This document shows, one piece after another, positions 50,236 to 63,902 of a stretch of DNA of 64,000 bases; the first letter of the stretch is position 1, and every line of letters begins with the position of its first letter. Made by a program: the position numbers and the translations under genes. The DNA is from Heptranchias perlo (Eukaryota). The notes beneath the pieces were generated by a model. It saw nothing but the letters and a program-made list of their open reading frames with translations. It was not told the origin of the DNA and searched no databases. The stretch is from NCBI RefSeq assembly GCF_035084215.1, contig NC_090334.1, forward strand, positions 41,354,001-41,418,000. Direction: 5' to 3'.

Positions 50236-51821
50236 CTCGGGGAAAAAAAATCCCAGGCCCAATAAGAGGGGGGAAAAAAAACTGGAAAATTCCTCTCCGA
50301 CCACCCCCCCCATGCGATCAAAACCAGTCCAGATCACATTGACCATGTGCACATTAACTGTTAATTCACTTACCTTTTATGTGATCTCTGTCCCAGCTCT
50401 CTCAAGACGTGCAGAGTCAGCACACACCGCACCAGCCGGCAACGTATTTCAGAGTCTCATTATTCTCTGGTAAAAGAAGAACCAACTAACGCCATTTCTA
50501 GTCCTACTTTTGCGTAGTTTAAATGCATATCCTCTGGGCTTCCCCAAATCTGTCAAACTGAATTAATCTATCAATATGCACACAAAAAGTGCTCTCCATA
50601 GCTTAAAGATATTTTCCATTTTTTAAAAATGTACTTATTTCAAGCTATTGGCTTTTATTTACATTTCTTAAATTTCATAACTATTTTCAATCAGAATTAA
50701 TAGCAATGTTTGGCCATGTAGATGTGGAAATGGTTAAAATTGTCATTAGTGCTCATTTAAGTTTACTGCATTCTATTCTGTTATCTGTATTTACATGTTA
50801 TAATGTAATCATGCACTTGTTTACAGGAGGATATGGATGGGATAGTGTGATCAGGATTCAATTTGTCAATATACACCACAATATCCTTTATTCAAAATCA
50901 CACAGCCATAACAGAAATTAGTTACCAAATCTGTTCATCTCAGAATTTAATCTTAAAATACTTAATATATTAAATATATCACCAGGTAGTAAGGTCTTGA
51001 AGTAGGATTTTGATTAAAGTTTGCAAGTAGCATTAAAATGCCTGAATGACTGCCTGGTGATATTATTAACTGCAGTTTATCCAATATTTGATGAGGTCAG
51101 CTTATCAACATTAGGTTACTGCACAGCACAAAACCAAGATGACATGTTCTTTTTTGAAATTCTGAAAATGAAGAATATATATTTAACACAAAACAAAATC
51201 TCATTCACAAATCTCAGGTAAGATTTGTACCCAGAATACTTCATTAAAAAAAGTTATAAAAATGTCTAATTTCTTACTAGCCCACAACTAAACAGCAATA
51301 ATGAATACATCCAACGTGTATGCGGCATTAAACCATTCTTGTACTATTAAATGTCAAGGTCCTAAGTTTCCAGCATTGGAAATTTAAGAGCATTTAGTAG
51401 CTGATACACTTCATATGCTTTCTGCAATATCCACCATCTTTAGACAGGATACACAATACAACTGTTCAACTACTTTTCTTTATTGCATTTTACCATTAGG
51501 ATCTTACAAGTCAAAAAGGTACATGGCATTTGTGACTGCTCACATTATTAATGACATCCCACTAAATTACCAAACAAATGAGATCCTTAGTGTACATTCC
51601 TGTTTACAAATATCATAACCATTTTTGGCATTGTTTAAAAAAATTGTCAAATGAACCCAAGAAACAAATGAGCTTCTACCTGAACCAGCACCAGTCTAAA
51701 ACACTTTATAACAGTGGCACATGGAACTGCTTACACACTTCCATTTTGGAAAGGAAAGCAAAATGGGTTTATCAAAGTCTATCAGGAAGGACAGGATGTG
51801 CACTCATGTGCACATACATGT

Positions 51822-51832
<11 letters not shown>

Positions 51833-51858
<26 letters not shown>

Positions 51859-51861
51859 CAC
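51833..51861 (+). repeat. (CA)n microsatellite preceded by (CATA)n, probably in the DAAM1 3' UTR or downstream region
   Basis: Directly visible in the sequence. Confidence 0.9.
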
Positions 51862-53223
51862 CAATCAGACCTAAGCTTTTATAGTGTTCTCACTCTTTAC
51901 AGGACCAATCAGAACACTTATGTCCCCTAGCCAATAGTTTAAACTGCACAGTGTCCAAACAGTTTTAAAACAAAACGAGCCCTGTTCATAAACACAAACC
52001 TGTTTGCAGGCACTTTGGTTAAGGGATCAAGTCACTGTACAGTGAAAAGAAAGGCTCTTCATCAGTTGCTACCAAATTAATACCTTATGATTTGGCTAGA
52101 AAATTTGAATAATTTTTGTTACAGTACTTGAATATATATAATGTCTGAAACCTCTTCCCAAATATGTCCAAATATAAATAGGCTATAGAGTTCGATTGTC
52201 CTGAATTATTCACACTGTCCTTTTTACAATAGCCATTTTCAGACTGCAGTTGTGAGTTACTGTTAGATACGAGGTTATGAAAGTCATTTCTTATTCAAGT
52301 TTCAAGCACACACACTTTTTTTTCTTCTTTGAAACAAAATTCTCTACTTTTACCCACATCCCCCCAAACCAATATAACTGACAAGAACCACTTCAATTAT
52401 ATTTTGTGTCTGGTTATGGTCCTGCTGTAGAGCTGCCAGCAGCAAGAAAAAGGTTCAACATTTTCATTGTCCCTTCAGAGAACCCTTACTATCATCCACA
52501 TTAATTATGGAATGTTTTTATAAAAGCAAAGGAAATCTGGATATCACCAAGGTACTATAAACATATTCCCATGATCACACTCGTTTTCAGTCAGAAAATA
52601 GTTTGAGAAAACAGTGTTTAAAATAAAACATTTCCCAACTAAGAATTGTTTTTAAAAAATGATCAAGGGAAATTACGCAATTCCTTGGAACCAGGTCAAA
52701 AGCCACAGATGTTAGAGGGTCTTCAGCAATACACACTTTAATTGTTCCTTTTATACTCCACTTATTTAAGTCTATATGGTCTTCCCAGCATGCTTCAGCC
52801 ACTTCAGATTCAAATCCAAGTAATCATCAGCTCCATAAATCTCTGAATTGCATCAGCACCATCTTTAGTCCATTAGGTCACTTAATTTCTCATTCAGTTT
52901 GGATGCAATGCTTATGCAGTGGAACATTTGTGGAAGAGTATATTTTTATTATGAAATCATGAAAACCAAGTTCTACTCATCAGTTGTGTGAATCCTAGGA
53001 ATGCTTCAGTGTTTTCTGTGCTTCAGCACCACATAAACAAACTTTTCTTATATTAACAGTGGTGCATGCAAAACCCAGCTACAAAGAGGAAAAGGAGCCC
53101 GCTATGAAGAGCAGCAGCCATTAATAGGGCCAATAGGCAGTATAATCGGTCAGTATAATCACAATAGGACAGTAACGCGTAAGCCAGCTGCTACAGCCAT
53201 AATTCTGCACTACAGGTGAGGGC

Positions 53224-53430
53224 TTAATAGTTGAGCTTTGTGACCGGTCGTTCTCGGCTACCATCTGTCACTTGGCTGGTGACACGCTTCCGGTTGCGCT
53301 TTAGCTTGAAATCTTTATCAAAAACTTCTCCTGAACGTAGAGCTGAAACCAGGTCATCAAATTCTCCTCCCTCCTCACTACCTTCTTTTGCCTTTTTTGC
53401 TTTGCGTTCTCTTTCTCGTTGTTCTTTAAG
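53224..53430 (-). CDS. DAAM1: DAAM1 terminal coding exon (DAD autoregulatory domain)
   Basis: ttttag|[68 protein letters not shown]. 207 nt. Confidence 0.93.
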   Translation of the reverse strand, partial: LKEQRERERKAKKAKEGSEEGGEFDDLVSALRSGEVFDKDFKLKRNRKRVTSQVTDGSRERPVTKLNY

Positions 53431-53989
53431 CTAAAAAAAAGAAAAAAGAACTTCTTGTGAAAGCAGTCAATTGTTTCAACTGGAGGAGTAAGACCATGTT
53501 CAATATATTATACACACACGTAGTACAAATTGCAGAATTTGCTGCTAAGCCACGTTCTTACTTAAAAAAAAAGCTTCAAAAAATATTAGAATCACTTTGC
53601 CTCCACAACCACAATTCGTAGAAATGGAGGAGGGGCAGAAGACTTCATGTTATGTGTTGAAGTGTTGATCTAGGAGATCCAATGAGCAAACCTGCTTAGT
53701 TTAATTACAGTTATATTTTAGCTCCTGTATGAACAAATATCCAATCAAGGACAATGTAAAATCTAGATTATCTGTAAAAGATCTTTACCGTTAGCCATTA
53801 CGTTTCCTATTATAATAAAATTGCTATTGATACAGTACATGATGACAATGTGACATCACCAATTTTTATTGGGTGATAGGAATCTACCAAAAGAGATATT
53901 AAAAGACAAGTTGGGGAAAAATAAGAGTGTATAAATATTTAACAGCCAATGATATGAAAAGTATCTCCACTAACCAGAAATAACTCAAT

Positions 53990-56900
53990 AAGTGGTCAGA
54001 GAGCGCAGACCAGGGAAAACAAGAGGAGCAGTGGCGAGATCTCCATTCACTAAGAATGGAGAGAGTGGCATCACAGTAAACAGAGAGGAGGAGCTCAGAG
54101 AGAGCCAGAATAAAAGGGTAGATTAATCGGGGTAAGTAAACAGTAAGTAAATTAATAGAGTAACTAAAGAGAGAGAGTTCAGAAAAAAACATTTCTAAAC
54201 ATAATGGACAGGTAGCCGAGACCCGTTGCCTGCAATTCCTGCACCATGTGAGAGCTTCAGGACCCTACATGTGTCCTAGAGGGCCAAATATGCAGGAAAT
54301 GCCTCCAGTTGCTCGAGCTCAAGCTGAGGGTTTCTGAGCTTGAGGGGCAGCTGGAGTCACTGCAGAGCATAAGAGAAGCTGAAGGTTTCCTGAGTCGTAC
54401 ATTCCAGGAGGTGGTCACCTCACAGCTACAGAGTGTTCAGGATAGCAAGTGGGTGGCCACCTGAAAAGGGTAGAAAGAAGCAGGCAGTGCAGGAATCTTC
54501 TGGGTGTGTGCCACTCTCAAACCGGTATTCAGCATTCAATACAAGCGGGGGTGACGGCACCTCAAAGCAGTGCAGTCCTGAGCATGGCACCATGGGACAA
54601 AGGATGGCACAGGGGAGCACAATGACATGTAGAAATGCAGTAGTGAAAGAGGATTCGATAGTCAGGAGGTCAGACAGGCGGTTCTGTGACCACCGACGTG
54701 AGTCCCGCATCGTGTGTTGCCTTCCTGGTGCTAGGGTAAAGGACATCACAGAGAAGGTGCAGAATATTCTGCAGGGGGGTGGGGGGGAAGAAGGGGAACA
54801 GCCAGAAGTCGTGGTCCATGTGGGTACCAACGAAATAGGAAAGAAAAGGGATGAGAGGTCCTGCAGTCAGAATTTCAGGAGCTAGGGAGGAAGTTAAAAA
54901 GCAGGACCTCAAAAGGTAGTAAGGTGTAAACGCATGAAGCATGGTAAGTAAGGTTGGTGAGCTGCAGGCGCAAATAGCCATATGGGAATCTGATGTAGTG
55001 GCAATAACAGAGACCTGGCTTAAAAAAGCGCAGGATTGGGTACTAAATATTCCAAGACATGTAGGAAAGATAGGGAAGGGAAAAAAGCAGGGGGTGGATG
55101 GCTGTATTATTTGAGAATATTGCAACGCTGGAGAGAAAGGATGTCCTTGAGGAGTCAAAGACAGAATCTATTTGGTTAGAGTTATGAAACAATAGAGGTG
55201 TCATTACACTACTGGGTGTATTCTATAGGCCACCAACTAGTGGAAAGGATATAGAGGAGCAAATTTGCAGGGAAATTAGAGGTGCAAGAACTATAAAGTA
55301 GTGATAATGGGGGACTTCAACTATCCTAATATAGACTGGGATAGTAATAGTGTAAAGGGCAAAGAAAGGAAGGAATTTCTGAATTGTGTTCAGGACAACT
55401 TTCTTTCTCAGTATGTTTCCAGCCCAATGAGGAAGGAGGCATCGCTGGATCTAGTTCAGGGGAATGAAGTGGGTCAAGTGGAGCAAATGTCAGTGCAGGA
55501 CCATTTAGGGAACAATGATCATAGTATTATAAGGTTTAGTTTAATTATGGAAAAAGACAGGAGCAATCTAGATTAAAAATACTTAATTGGAGGAGGGCCA
55601 ATTTCAGTGAGTTGAGAATGGATCTGGCCCGAGTAAATTGGAATCAAAGATTGGCAGGCAAAACTGTCATCGAACAATGGACGGCCTTTAAATAGGAGAT
55701 AGTTTGGGTACTGTCTAGGTACATTCCCACAGAGGGGAAAGGTAGGGCAACCAAAGCCAGAGCGCCCTGGATGACGAAAGAGGTGGAAAATAAGATGATG
55801 CAGAAAAAGGGGGTGTATGACAGATATCAGGTTGATAATACAAGTGAGAATCAGGCTGAATATAGAAAGTGAGAAGTGAAAAAGGAAATAAGAGGGGCAA
55901 AGAGAGTATGAGAATAGACTGGCAACTAATCCAAACATCTTCTATAGGCATATAAATAGTGAACGGGTAGTAAGAGGAGGGGTGCGGCCGATTAGGGTCC
56001 AAAAAGGAGATCTACGCATGGAGGCAGAGGGCATGCTGTGGTACTAAACTTTGCATCAGTCTTCATCAAGGAATAAGGTGCTGCCAAAGTCACATAAAAG
56101 GAGGTAGTTGAGAAACTGGATGGGTTAAAAATTGATAAAGAGGAGGTACTAGAAAGGCTGGCTGTACTTAAAGTAGATAAGTCATCCGGTCCAGATGGGA
56201 TGCATACTAGGTTGCTGAGGAAAGTAAAGGTGAAAATTGTGGAGATACTGGCCATAATCTTCCAATCATCCTTAGAGGTGGTGTTGCCAGAGGACTAGAG
56301 AATTGCAAATGTTCAAAAAAAGGGTGTAAAGATAAACGGTGGTGGGGACGCTTTTAGAAACAATAATCTGAGACAAAATTAAGAGTCACTTGGACAAATG
56401 TGAATTAATAAAGGAAAGCCAGCACGGATTTGTTAAAGGCAAATCATGTTTAACAAACTTGATTGAGTTTTTTTGATGAGGTGATAGAGAGGGTTGATGA
56501 GGGCATTGCGGTTGATGTTGTGTAAAAGGACTTTCAAAAGGCGTTTGATAAAGTGCCACATAATAGGCTTGTCAGCAAAATTAAAGCCCATGGAATAAAA
56601 GGGGCTGTGGCAGCATGGATACAAAATTGATTAAGTGACTGGAAACAGAGTAGTGGTGAACGATTGTTTTTCAGACTGGAGGAAGATATACAGTGGTGTT
56701 CTCCAGGTGTCGGTACTAGGACCACTGCTTTTTTTGATATATATTCATGACTTGGACTTGGGTGTACAGGGCACAATTTCAAAATTTGCACATGACACAA
56801 AACTTGGAAGTGTTGTAAACAGTAAGGAGGATAGTAATAGACTTCAAGAGGCATAGACGGGCTGGTAGAACAAGGGTGTAACATTTGCAATTCTCCAGTC

Positions 56901-58930
56901 CTCTGGACAAAAGAGCTGAATTCCAGAAGTGAGGTCAAAGTGACTGCCCTTGACATTAAGGCAGCATTTGACCGAGTGTGGCACCAAGGAGCCCTAGTAA
57001 AACTGAAGTCAATGGGAATCAGGGGGAAAACTCTCCAGTGGCTGGAGTCATACCTAGCACAAAGGAAGATGGTAGTGGTTGTTGGAGGCCAGTCATCTCA
57101 GCCCCAGGACATTGCTGCAGGAGTTCCTCAGGGCAGTGTCCGAGGCCCAACCATCTTCACCTGGTTCATCAATGACCTTCCCTCCATCATAAGGTCAGAA
57201 ATGGGGACGTTCACTGATGATTGCACAGTGTTCAGTTCCATTCGCAACCCCTCAAATAATGAAGCAGTTCAAGCCCGCATGCAGCAAGACCTGGACAACA
57301 TCCAGGCTTGGGCTCATAAGTGGCAAGTAACATTCGTGCCAGACAACAACCATCTCCAACAAGAAAGAGTCTAACTACCTCCCCTTGACATTCAACGGCA
57401 TTACCTTCACCAAATCCCCCACCATCAACATCCTAGGGGTCACCATTGACCAGAAACTTAACTGGACCAGCCATATAAATACTGTGGCTACAAGAGCAGG
57501 TCAGAGGTTGGGTATTCTGTGGCGAGTGACTCACCTCCTGACTCCCCAAAGCCCTTCCACCATCTATAAAGGCACACGTCAGGAGTGTGATGGAATACTC
57601 TCCACTTGCCTGGATGAGTGCAGCTCCAACAACACTCAAGAAGCTCGACACTATCCAGGACAAAGCAGCCCGCGTGATTGGCACACCATCCACCACCCTA
57701 AACATTCACTCCCATCACCACCGGCGCACAGTGGCTGCAGTGTGCACCATCCACAGGATGCACTGCAGCAACTTGACAAGGCTTCTTCGACAGCACCTCC
57801 CAAACCCGCGACCTCTACCATCTAGAAGGACAAGAGCAGCAGGCACGTGGGAACAACACCACCTGCACGTTCCCCTCCAAGTCACACACCATCCCGACTT
57901 GGAAATATATCTGCGTTCCTTCATCGTCGCTGGGTCAAAATCTTGGAACTCCCTTCCTAACAGCACTGTGGGAGAACCTTCACCGCACGGACTGCAGTGG
58001 TTCAAGAAGGCAGCTCACTACCACCACCATCTCAAGGGCAATTAGGGATGGGCAATAAATGCCGGCCTCACCAGCGCGTCCACATCCCATGAACGAATAA
58101 AAAATAAAAAAGATGGAATTTAATGCAGAGAAGTGCGAAGTGATACATTTTGGCAGGAAGAACGAGGAGAGGCAATATAAACGAAATGGTACAATTCTAA
58201 AGGGGGTGCAGGAACAGATGGACCTCGGGGTATATGTGCACAAATCTTTAAATGTGACAGGACTAGTTGAGAAAGCAGTTAAAAAAGCAAAAGGGATCCT
58301 GGGCTTTATAAATAGAGGCATAGAATACAAAAGCAAGGAAGTTATGTTGAACCTTTATAAAACACTGGTTTGGCCACAGCTGGAGTATTGTGTCCAATTC
58401 TGGGCACTGCACTTTAGGAAGGATGTGAAGGCCTTAGAGAGGGTGCAGAAAAGATTTTACCAGAATAGTTCCAGGGACGAGGGACTTCAGCTACGTGGAT
58501 AGACCGGAGAAGCTGGGATTGTTCTCCTTAGGGCAGAGAAGGCGAAGAGGAGATTTGATAGCAGTGTTCAAAATCATGAAGGTTTTAGATAAAGTAAATA
58601 AAGAGAAACTGTTAACACTGGCGGAAGGGTCGAGAACCAGAGGACACAGATTTAAGGCAATTGGCAAAAGAACCAAAGGCAACATGAGGAAAATCTTTTT
58701 TGCGCAGTGAGCAGTTATGATCTGGAATGCACTACCTGAAAGGGTGGTGGAAGCAGATTCAATCATGGCTTTCAAAAAGGAATTGGATAAATACTTGAAG
58801 AGAAAAAATTTGAAGGGCTACAGGGAACGAGTGGGGGAATGGGCCTAACTGGATTGCTCTTTCAAAGAGCCGGCACTGGCTCGATGGGCCGAATGGCCTC
58901 CTCTGTACCGTAACCATTCTACGATTCTGT
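53990..58930 (+). mobile_element. Near-full-length decayed CR1 LINE (ORF1 Zn-finger/leucine zipper/SGNH esterase, ORF2 APE plus RT), antisense in the last DAAM1 intron
   Basis: From 54204: CNSC..CRKC..LELKLRVSELEGQL. Esterase DSIVR..CLPGARV..VHVGTN. APE motifs ITETW, YRPP, GDFNYP. RT motifs and the CR1 3' end. Internal deletion near 54920; the 5' bound is approximate. Confidence 0.88.
56904..58111 (+). mobile_element. Nested 5'-truncated poly(A)-tailed LINE of a different family inside the CR1
   Basis: TALDIKAAFDRVWHQG..GVPQGSV.GP..FTDD..LGVTID. Poly(A) tail 58096-58111, after which the host CR1 resumes at GATGGAATTTAATGCAGAG. Confidence 0.88.
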
Positions 58931-59038
58931 GAGTTACGTGCTTGATACTACTTGTTACTAGTGTATCTCTTATATATGCCTTTACTTATAACCTGTCAAA
59001 GATGATGGCTGAAGCCAACTTTAAAGTTGGAATGCCTT

Positions 59039-59692
59039 GGGGGGAATTTTAACTCCAAAGGCCGGGTAGGAGCTAAAAATTGTAAAAAATCTCAAACCCT
59101 GACCCCAACCTGCATCCAATCCTCCCACCAATGCGACCAATCTGTTCTCAGGAGGCGGGTCGGTCACTGAAATCTTTTAAGGAGGCTGCGTGCCTCCGTT
59201 TTAACAGCTTTTTTATTGTTATCTCATGGAGGCCAGGATTCCCGGGGCTTGTGATTCTCGCCAGGTAAGAGGAGGCAAAAAGGGCCAGATTGTCAGGTGT
59301 GTGCCGTTACTGCACTGCTTGTGGGCCTGAAGCTTACCTACTGCGATCGGACCCTGCAATTAGCCGACGCCCCCGATATCCGACCCCTCCCCGGTGTCTC
59401 CGACCCTCCCACTGCATGTCCGATCTTCCCACCCTCAGCTCCCGGATGTCCGCCCACCTCCCCCCATCCCCACCCGCAACGTCAGACTTGCCTGGCACCC
59501 GCGGCCCGGCCGTTTTCCCACCCGACAGCCTATTAATCTGGCTGGCTGTCGCGCGGGAAACTGGCTGAGAAAATTTAAAAGACATTCTGCAGTTAAATTC
59601 TTCCGGATGTCCGGGAATCCCATACTTCTGGGTTTCTCGTCCAAAAATCCTCCTCCCCGCTCTCTTCACAGCGCCAAGACAAAACCCAGGCC
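59039..59692. mobile_element. Non-autonomous Harbinger-related element
   Basis: Left end GGGGGGAATTTTAAC..GCTAAAA..AAACCC..CCCAACC resembles 25376-25480. Right end AAAACCCAGGCC. Confidence 0.6.
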
Positions 59693-60502
59693 TTGTCTTT
59701 ATTAATAAGGATCTTTAACTCAACAAAGCAAATGAGCAAACTAAAAAAAAACTACAACCAACCCACAAATGCCAAACCAGTATCAGCTGTGAAGAATGCG
59801 ATTGAATAATTCATTTCATATCCATATTTGGGGGTCAAAATGATCCTCAGGTACAAAATCCACTTGTCTAAGATCATCAGGTTTCTTTTGTTACAATGAA
59901 TAAGAATGAGCTCCATAATAGATCTACAATATTCTGAATTCAGAAAGATCTGAATTGCATCAGAATTGCAATAATTTGAAAATGTCTGGCTTTGAGACAA
60001 CTTCTAACAGGAGTTTTCTTGCTTTTTTTTTTAAGAAAGTCAAACCTTTCGGCAAACGTGATGGCATTTTGGAAGCACTGTACCAACTCTTCATAATGTC
60101 CTCTCTCACCATATAAATGCTTTATGAAATACTAGCATTAATTGGAAGGAGTAATAAGTATTTCTTGTAGATCTATTCATCCAATCTGTTAATGCCCGTG
60201 GTGTTCTCGCAATTATGCATCCTTTTTGCTTTTTTCCCCAATGGATCCCATTATTACATTGATTTAAAAGGCTCTCTCATTGCTAACACTACATGTGCAA
60301 ATGAATTTGTAAAAAGTAATGTGGGTACAGAACAACTAGAACAAGGAACACTCCAAGCCATGCATGAATAAAGAAATGCATCCACAAGACTGGTAGCATA
60401 CAACTTGTTATTGGTTACAAAAGCAAGAAATAAACATGTAGGGAGAAGGATCCCACATAGTGCTGTTGTGCTAGAAATCTGCAAAGGATCTCCTGGACTT
60501 AA

Positions 60503-60920
60503 ATCATAGAAAGGTTACAGAACGGAAGGAGGCCATTCGGCTCATCGAGTCCATGCCGGCTCTATGCAAGAGTAATCTAGCTAGTCCCACTCCCCCGCCC
60601 TATCCCCTTAGCCATGCAAATTTTTTCCTTTCAAGTACTTATCTAGTTCCATTTTGAAGGCCGTGATTGAATCTGCCTCCACCACCCACTCTGGCAGTGC
60701 ATTCCAGATCCTAAACACTCGCTGTATAAAGAAGTTTTCTCTCATGTCATATTTGTTTCTTTTGCCAATCACCTTGTACGTATGTCCTCTGGCTTTTGAC
60801 CCTTCCGCCAACGAGAACAGTTTCTATCTAGACCCTTCATGATTTTGAATACCTCTATCAAATCTCCTCGCAACCATCTCTGTTCCAAGGAGAACAACCC
60901 CAGCTTCTCCAGTCTATCCA
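60503..60920 (-). mobile_element. CR1 LINE 3' fragment
   Basis: MDRLEKLGLFSLEQRWLRGDLIEVFKIM..WNALPEWVVEADS, ending GAGCCGAATGGCCTCCTTCC plus tail. Confidence 0.85.
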
Positions 60921-61420
60921 TGTTACATCCTAAACTAAGCCAAGTCAGTTCACACTTCATGAACAATAAGCAAGGAAGGGACAAATATACTTGGAGGAAA
61001 TGACTCAAATCTTTGCGCCCTATTCTCTCTGAATGGACTATTTTTCAGGGCTCTGAAGCCTGGTAATTGCTTTAGCAACACTTTGAATGCAATGACCTGG
61101 AATGAAGAGCAAGACATTACAAATCAATCCATGGGGAATATCCAGATCAATTCAAAGAGACAGTTAATAAAAACCACATAGAACTTGAAATAATTCTTGT
61201 TCACTCCTGCTAATACCTGCCAATTATTTCCAAATATAAAAATCAAACAAAACCAATTTATTCTGCTGAAAGCTATACTTGTGCAAATTGGCTATTATTT
61301 GACCATTTGTTACAAAAAGATGAAAAGCAACAGCAATGGCTGAAATGGATAAAGGATATGGAAATTCTACAGCTTGCACACTGGAGTTTTCATGTTCCTA
61401 TGAAATTCATGTCATCTGAC

Positions 61421-61591
61421 CTGTGCTTCCATTTTTGCTCTTCGTTCCTCCTCCTCTTTTCTCCTCCTCATGTTTTCATTTTCCTGTCTGGCCTCTGCGA
61501 AGGCTTGGAGGAACTGATCAAAAATCCCAAAGAATTCATCAGGCTGTATTTTGCCGGTTTCTTCTCCAAAGTGCTTTACTGCTTTATTAAA
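61421..61591 (-). CDS. DAAM1: DAAM1 penultimate coding exon (FH2 C-terminus)
   Basis: cccag|[57 protein letters not shown]|gtcaga. 171 nt, phase 0. Confidence 0.93.
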
Positions 61592-63770
61592 CTGGGAGGG
61601 GGGCAGGAAGAGGTAAACAGAAATTTGTTTACAGATCAATATACATTTGTAACACCACAGTAAGAACACAGTTTTAGCCCAATAATAATTTCCAGTATAT
61701 AACACCGGTCAAACGGTACAGCTATTGATTGATCCATTTTCAGTCTCAGAAAATTCTCACATTTTGTGACAAAAAAACCCCATATCTTCCCATTCCTCAC
61801 AGTTTTCAGCTCAAATATATATAACCTGCAATCTGATTCACTTGGCCAAGTACCAACTACTAATACAGGATGCAATTATCTCTTCTGAAGATATCTATTA
61901 TGAATCTCTTTCTAATTGGATAAATTGCAAATTTTGTGAACTAACAGTGAGATAGATTTCTTTGAGACTGATATACAGACACATTTTTGGAACAAGAGAC
62001 ATTTTTGAAACTCTGGAAATTCCTTCCTCATCTTCATTTTTAAGTTATGTTAGGATTTCATCTTCCCTTGCATCAATCCCAAACCTCTCTCAATTCCACT
62101 CTGCTTCTGGATTCAATCACCTGCTCTTTTCCTGCCCTCTACCTCTTCTGGGAAATGCATCACAACTCATCATGTCTTGCTGGAGACCAACTAAATCATG
62201 GCACAAATCTGCATCCTACTACAGTATTTGACACCACTGTCCCTCTCTGCCCCCCACCAAAAAATCTGATTTGCATATCCACCATCTTCAACTGAGTTAA
62301 TTCAGTAAAACTCTAGTTATACCATAGTCTTCTATTATACAACAGTGCCACATCATGCACAAAATTACTTAAGCATATTTTGCACATTAATATGCAATCT
62401 AGTAGGTATTATCTGTTCCTGATTTCAGCATGCATCTTCAACCCCCCACTCACTCCTGCCCTAATCTTGTTCTGCTCCTCATTCCTATTCCTCCTTAGTG
62501 AGAACCAATAAAAACACCAGTAAAAAGATTAATACACACTGTAGCGCACAGCAATTTATTTTAGATCATAAAACTAGAGCAAACACTTTTATTAGTAAAA
62601 CATTCATTTCCTAAGATGCTTTGATGTAGTTTTTTTTCTCTCATCATACAGTTTCTCTATTAATACCATCTGTACACATTTCTTTATAGGGCTGGGGCAA
62701 ATGTATTCATTTTATTAAGCACAGGAACTAGGCATGTAGCTAAGCATTCAAGTAAAGGATGTGTAACCACAAATTCCTGAGAACACCAGGTGGTGAGAAA
62801 TATTTATTTGAGAGCTAATTTTTATATGGCCGATGTTAGACACATTTGTGTTCAGATATTAAACAATGCCAACAGGGCCCAGTGCAAAGACAAAAGATTT
62901 TCACTTTCCAAGATAAGTAATGGGTGCAAACAGACAGACCACAATTTACAGGGAGAGATTACAACACAATCAAATATTTAAAATAAAGCATATTAAAAAG
63001 TTGATTGTCATTGAATTTCTAATAAAATCTGTGTTTAAGACCGAAAAAATGTTATTTTCCAATTAGAAAAAAATTACAATGTTCGGGACTCAGAGTGAAA
63101 CAAGGCTAACTTTTTGAATCTGTTCTTTCCCCATAGATTCTTAAGTAAAATAACAAATTTTTCAATTTATACACTGTAAACACTTTTCTTTTGCCATTGC
63201 TGTACTGTCACAGATCTTGACTTGAAGTATCCATTTTTTCTCTCCTGTGAAAGCACTGCGTTGGCTGCCCAGAAACAGCAGTCTTAGTTGTGCTAGTACA
63301 GAAGCTGAAAATGGTAAATCATTTTATTTACACTGACTCTGCCAGGAAATATCTGGCTCGGGTTGTATAGTTCTAAAACCAGATAAACATAATGGTGTTG
63401 CTACATGTTAGCGTATCATCACGTGACATCAGAGTGGAAGGAGGTACGTCTGACTCCCCTACTCCATAGTTTTCAATGTCAGTCATCCTGCGTGGTGCGT
63501 TACTGAGCAGTGACCAGCCTACTCCTCATGGGGAGATAGTGAATCTCCACCTATAGCTACACCAGAGCAGTACCAGTAGCAGTCTAAGAACAGGATGCCC
63601 ACCCACAAGCAGGAAGTCCATGGCTTGGAGAGACAAACGAATAAGGAAAGAAAACCAGAAAAAAAATGGGGTTCATGGCCACAGGCTCTAAAAAACTTCA
63701 AATGTACTGGGTTTATGTAGTAAAGGGATAGGAAATTCCAAAAATGCTTAAAATTTTGTATGTTATTTAC

Positions 63771-63902
63771 CAGATCTTTCGCTTCTAACAGAAGATCCTC
63801 CACATCGGAGAAGCTAAAACTTGCAACAGTGATAAACTGACTCACTACAGAGGCAAACTTGTCGCCGGACTGTGGAGGTTGTGACTTTTGATATGCCAGC
63901 TC
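63771..63902 (-). CDS. DAAM1: DAAM1 coding exon (FH2 domain)
   Basis: tcatag|ELAYQKSQPPQSGDKFASVVSQFITVASFSFSDVEDLLLEAKDL|gtaaat. 132 nt, phase 0. The gene continues beyond the window. Confidence 0.93.
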
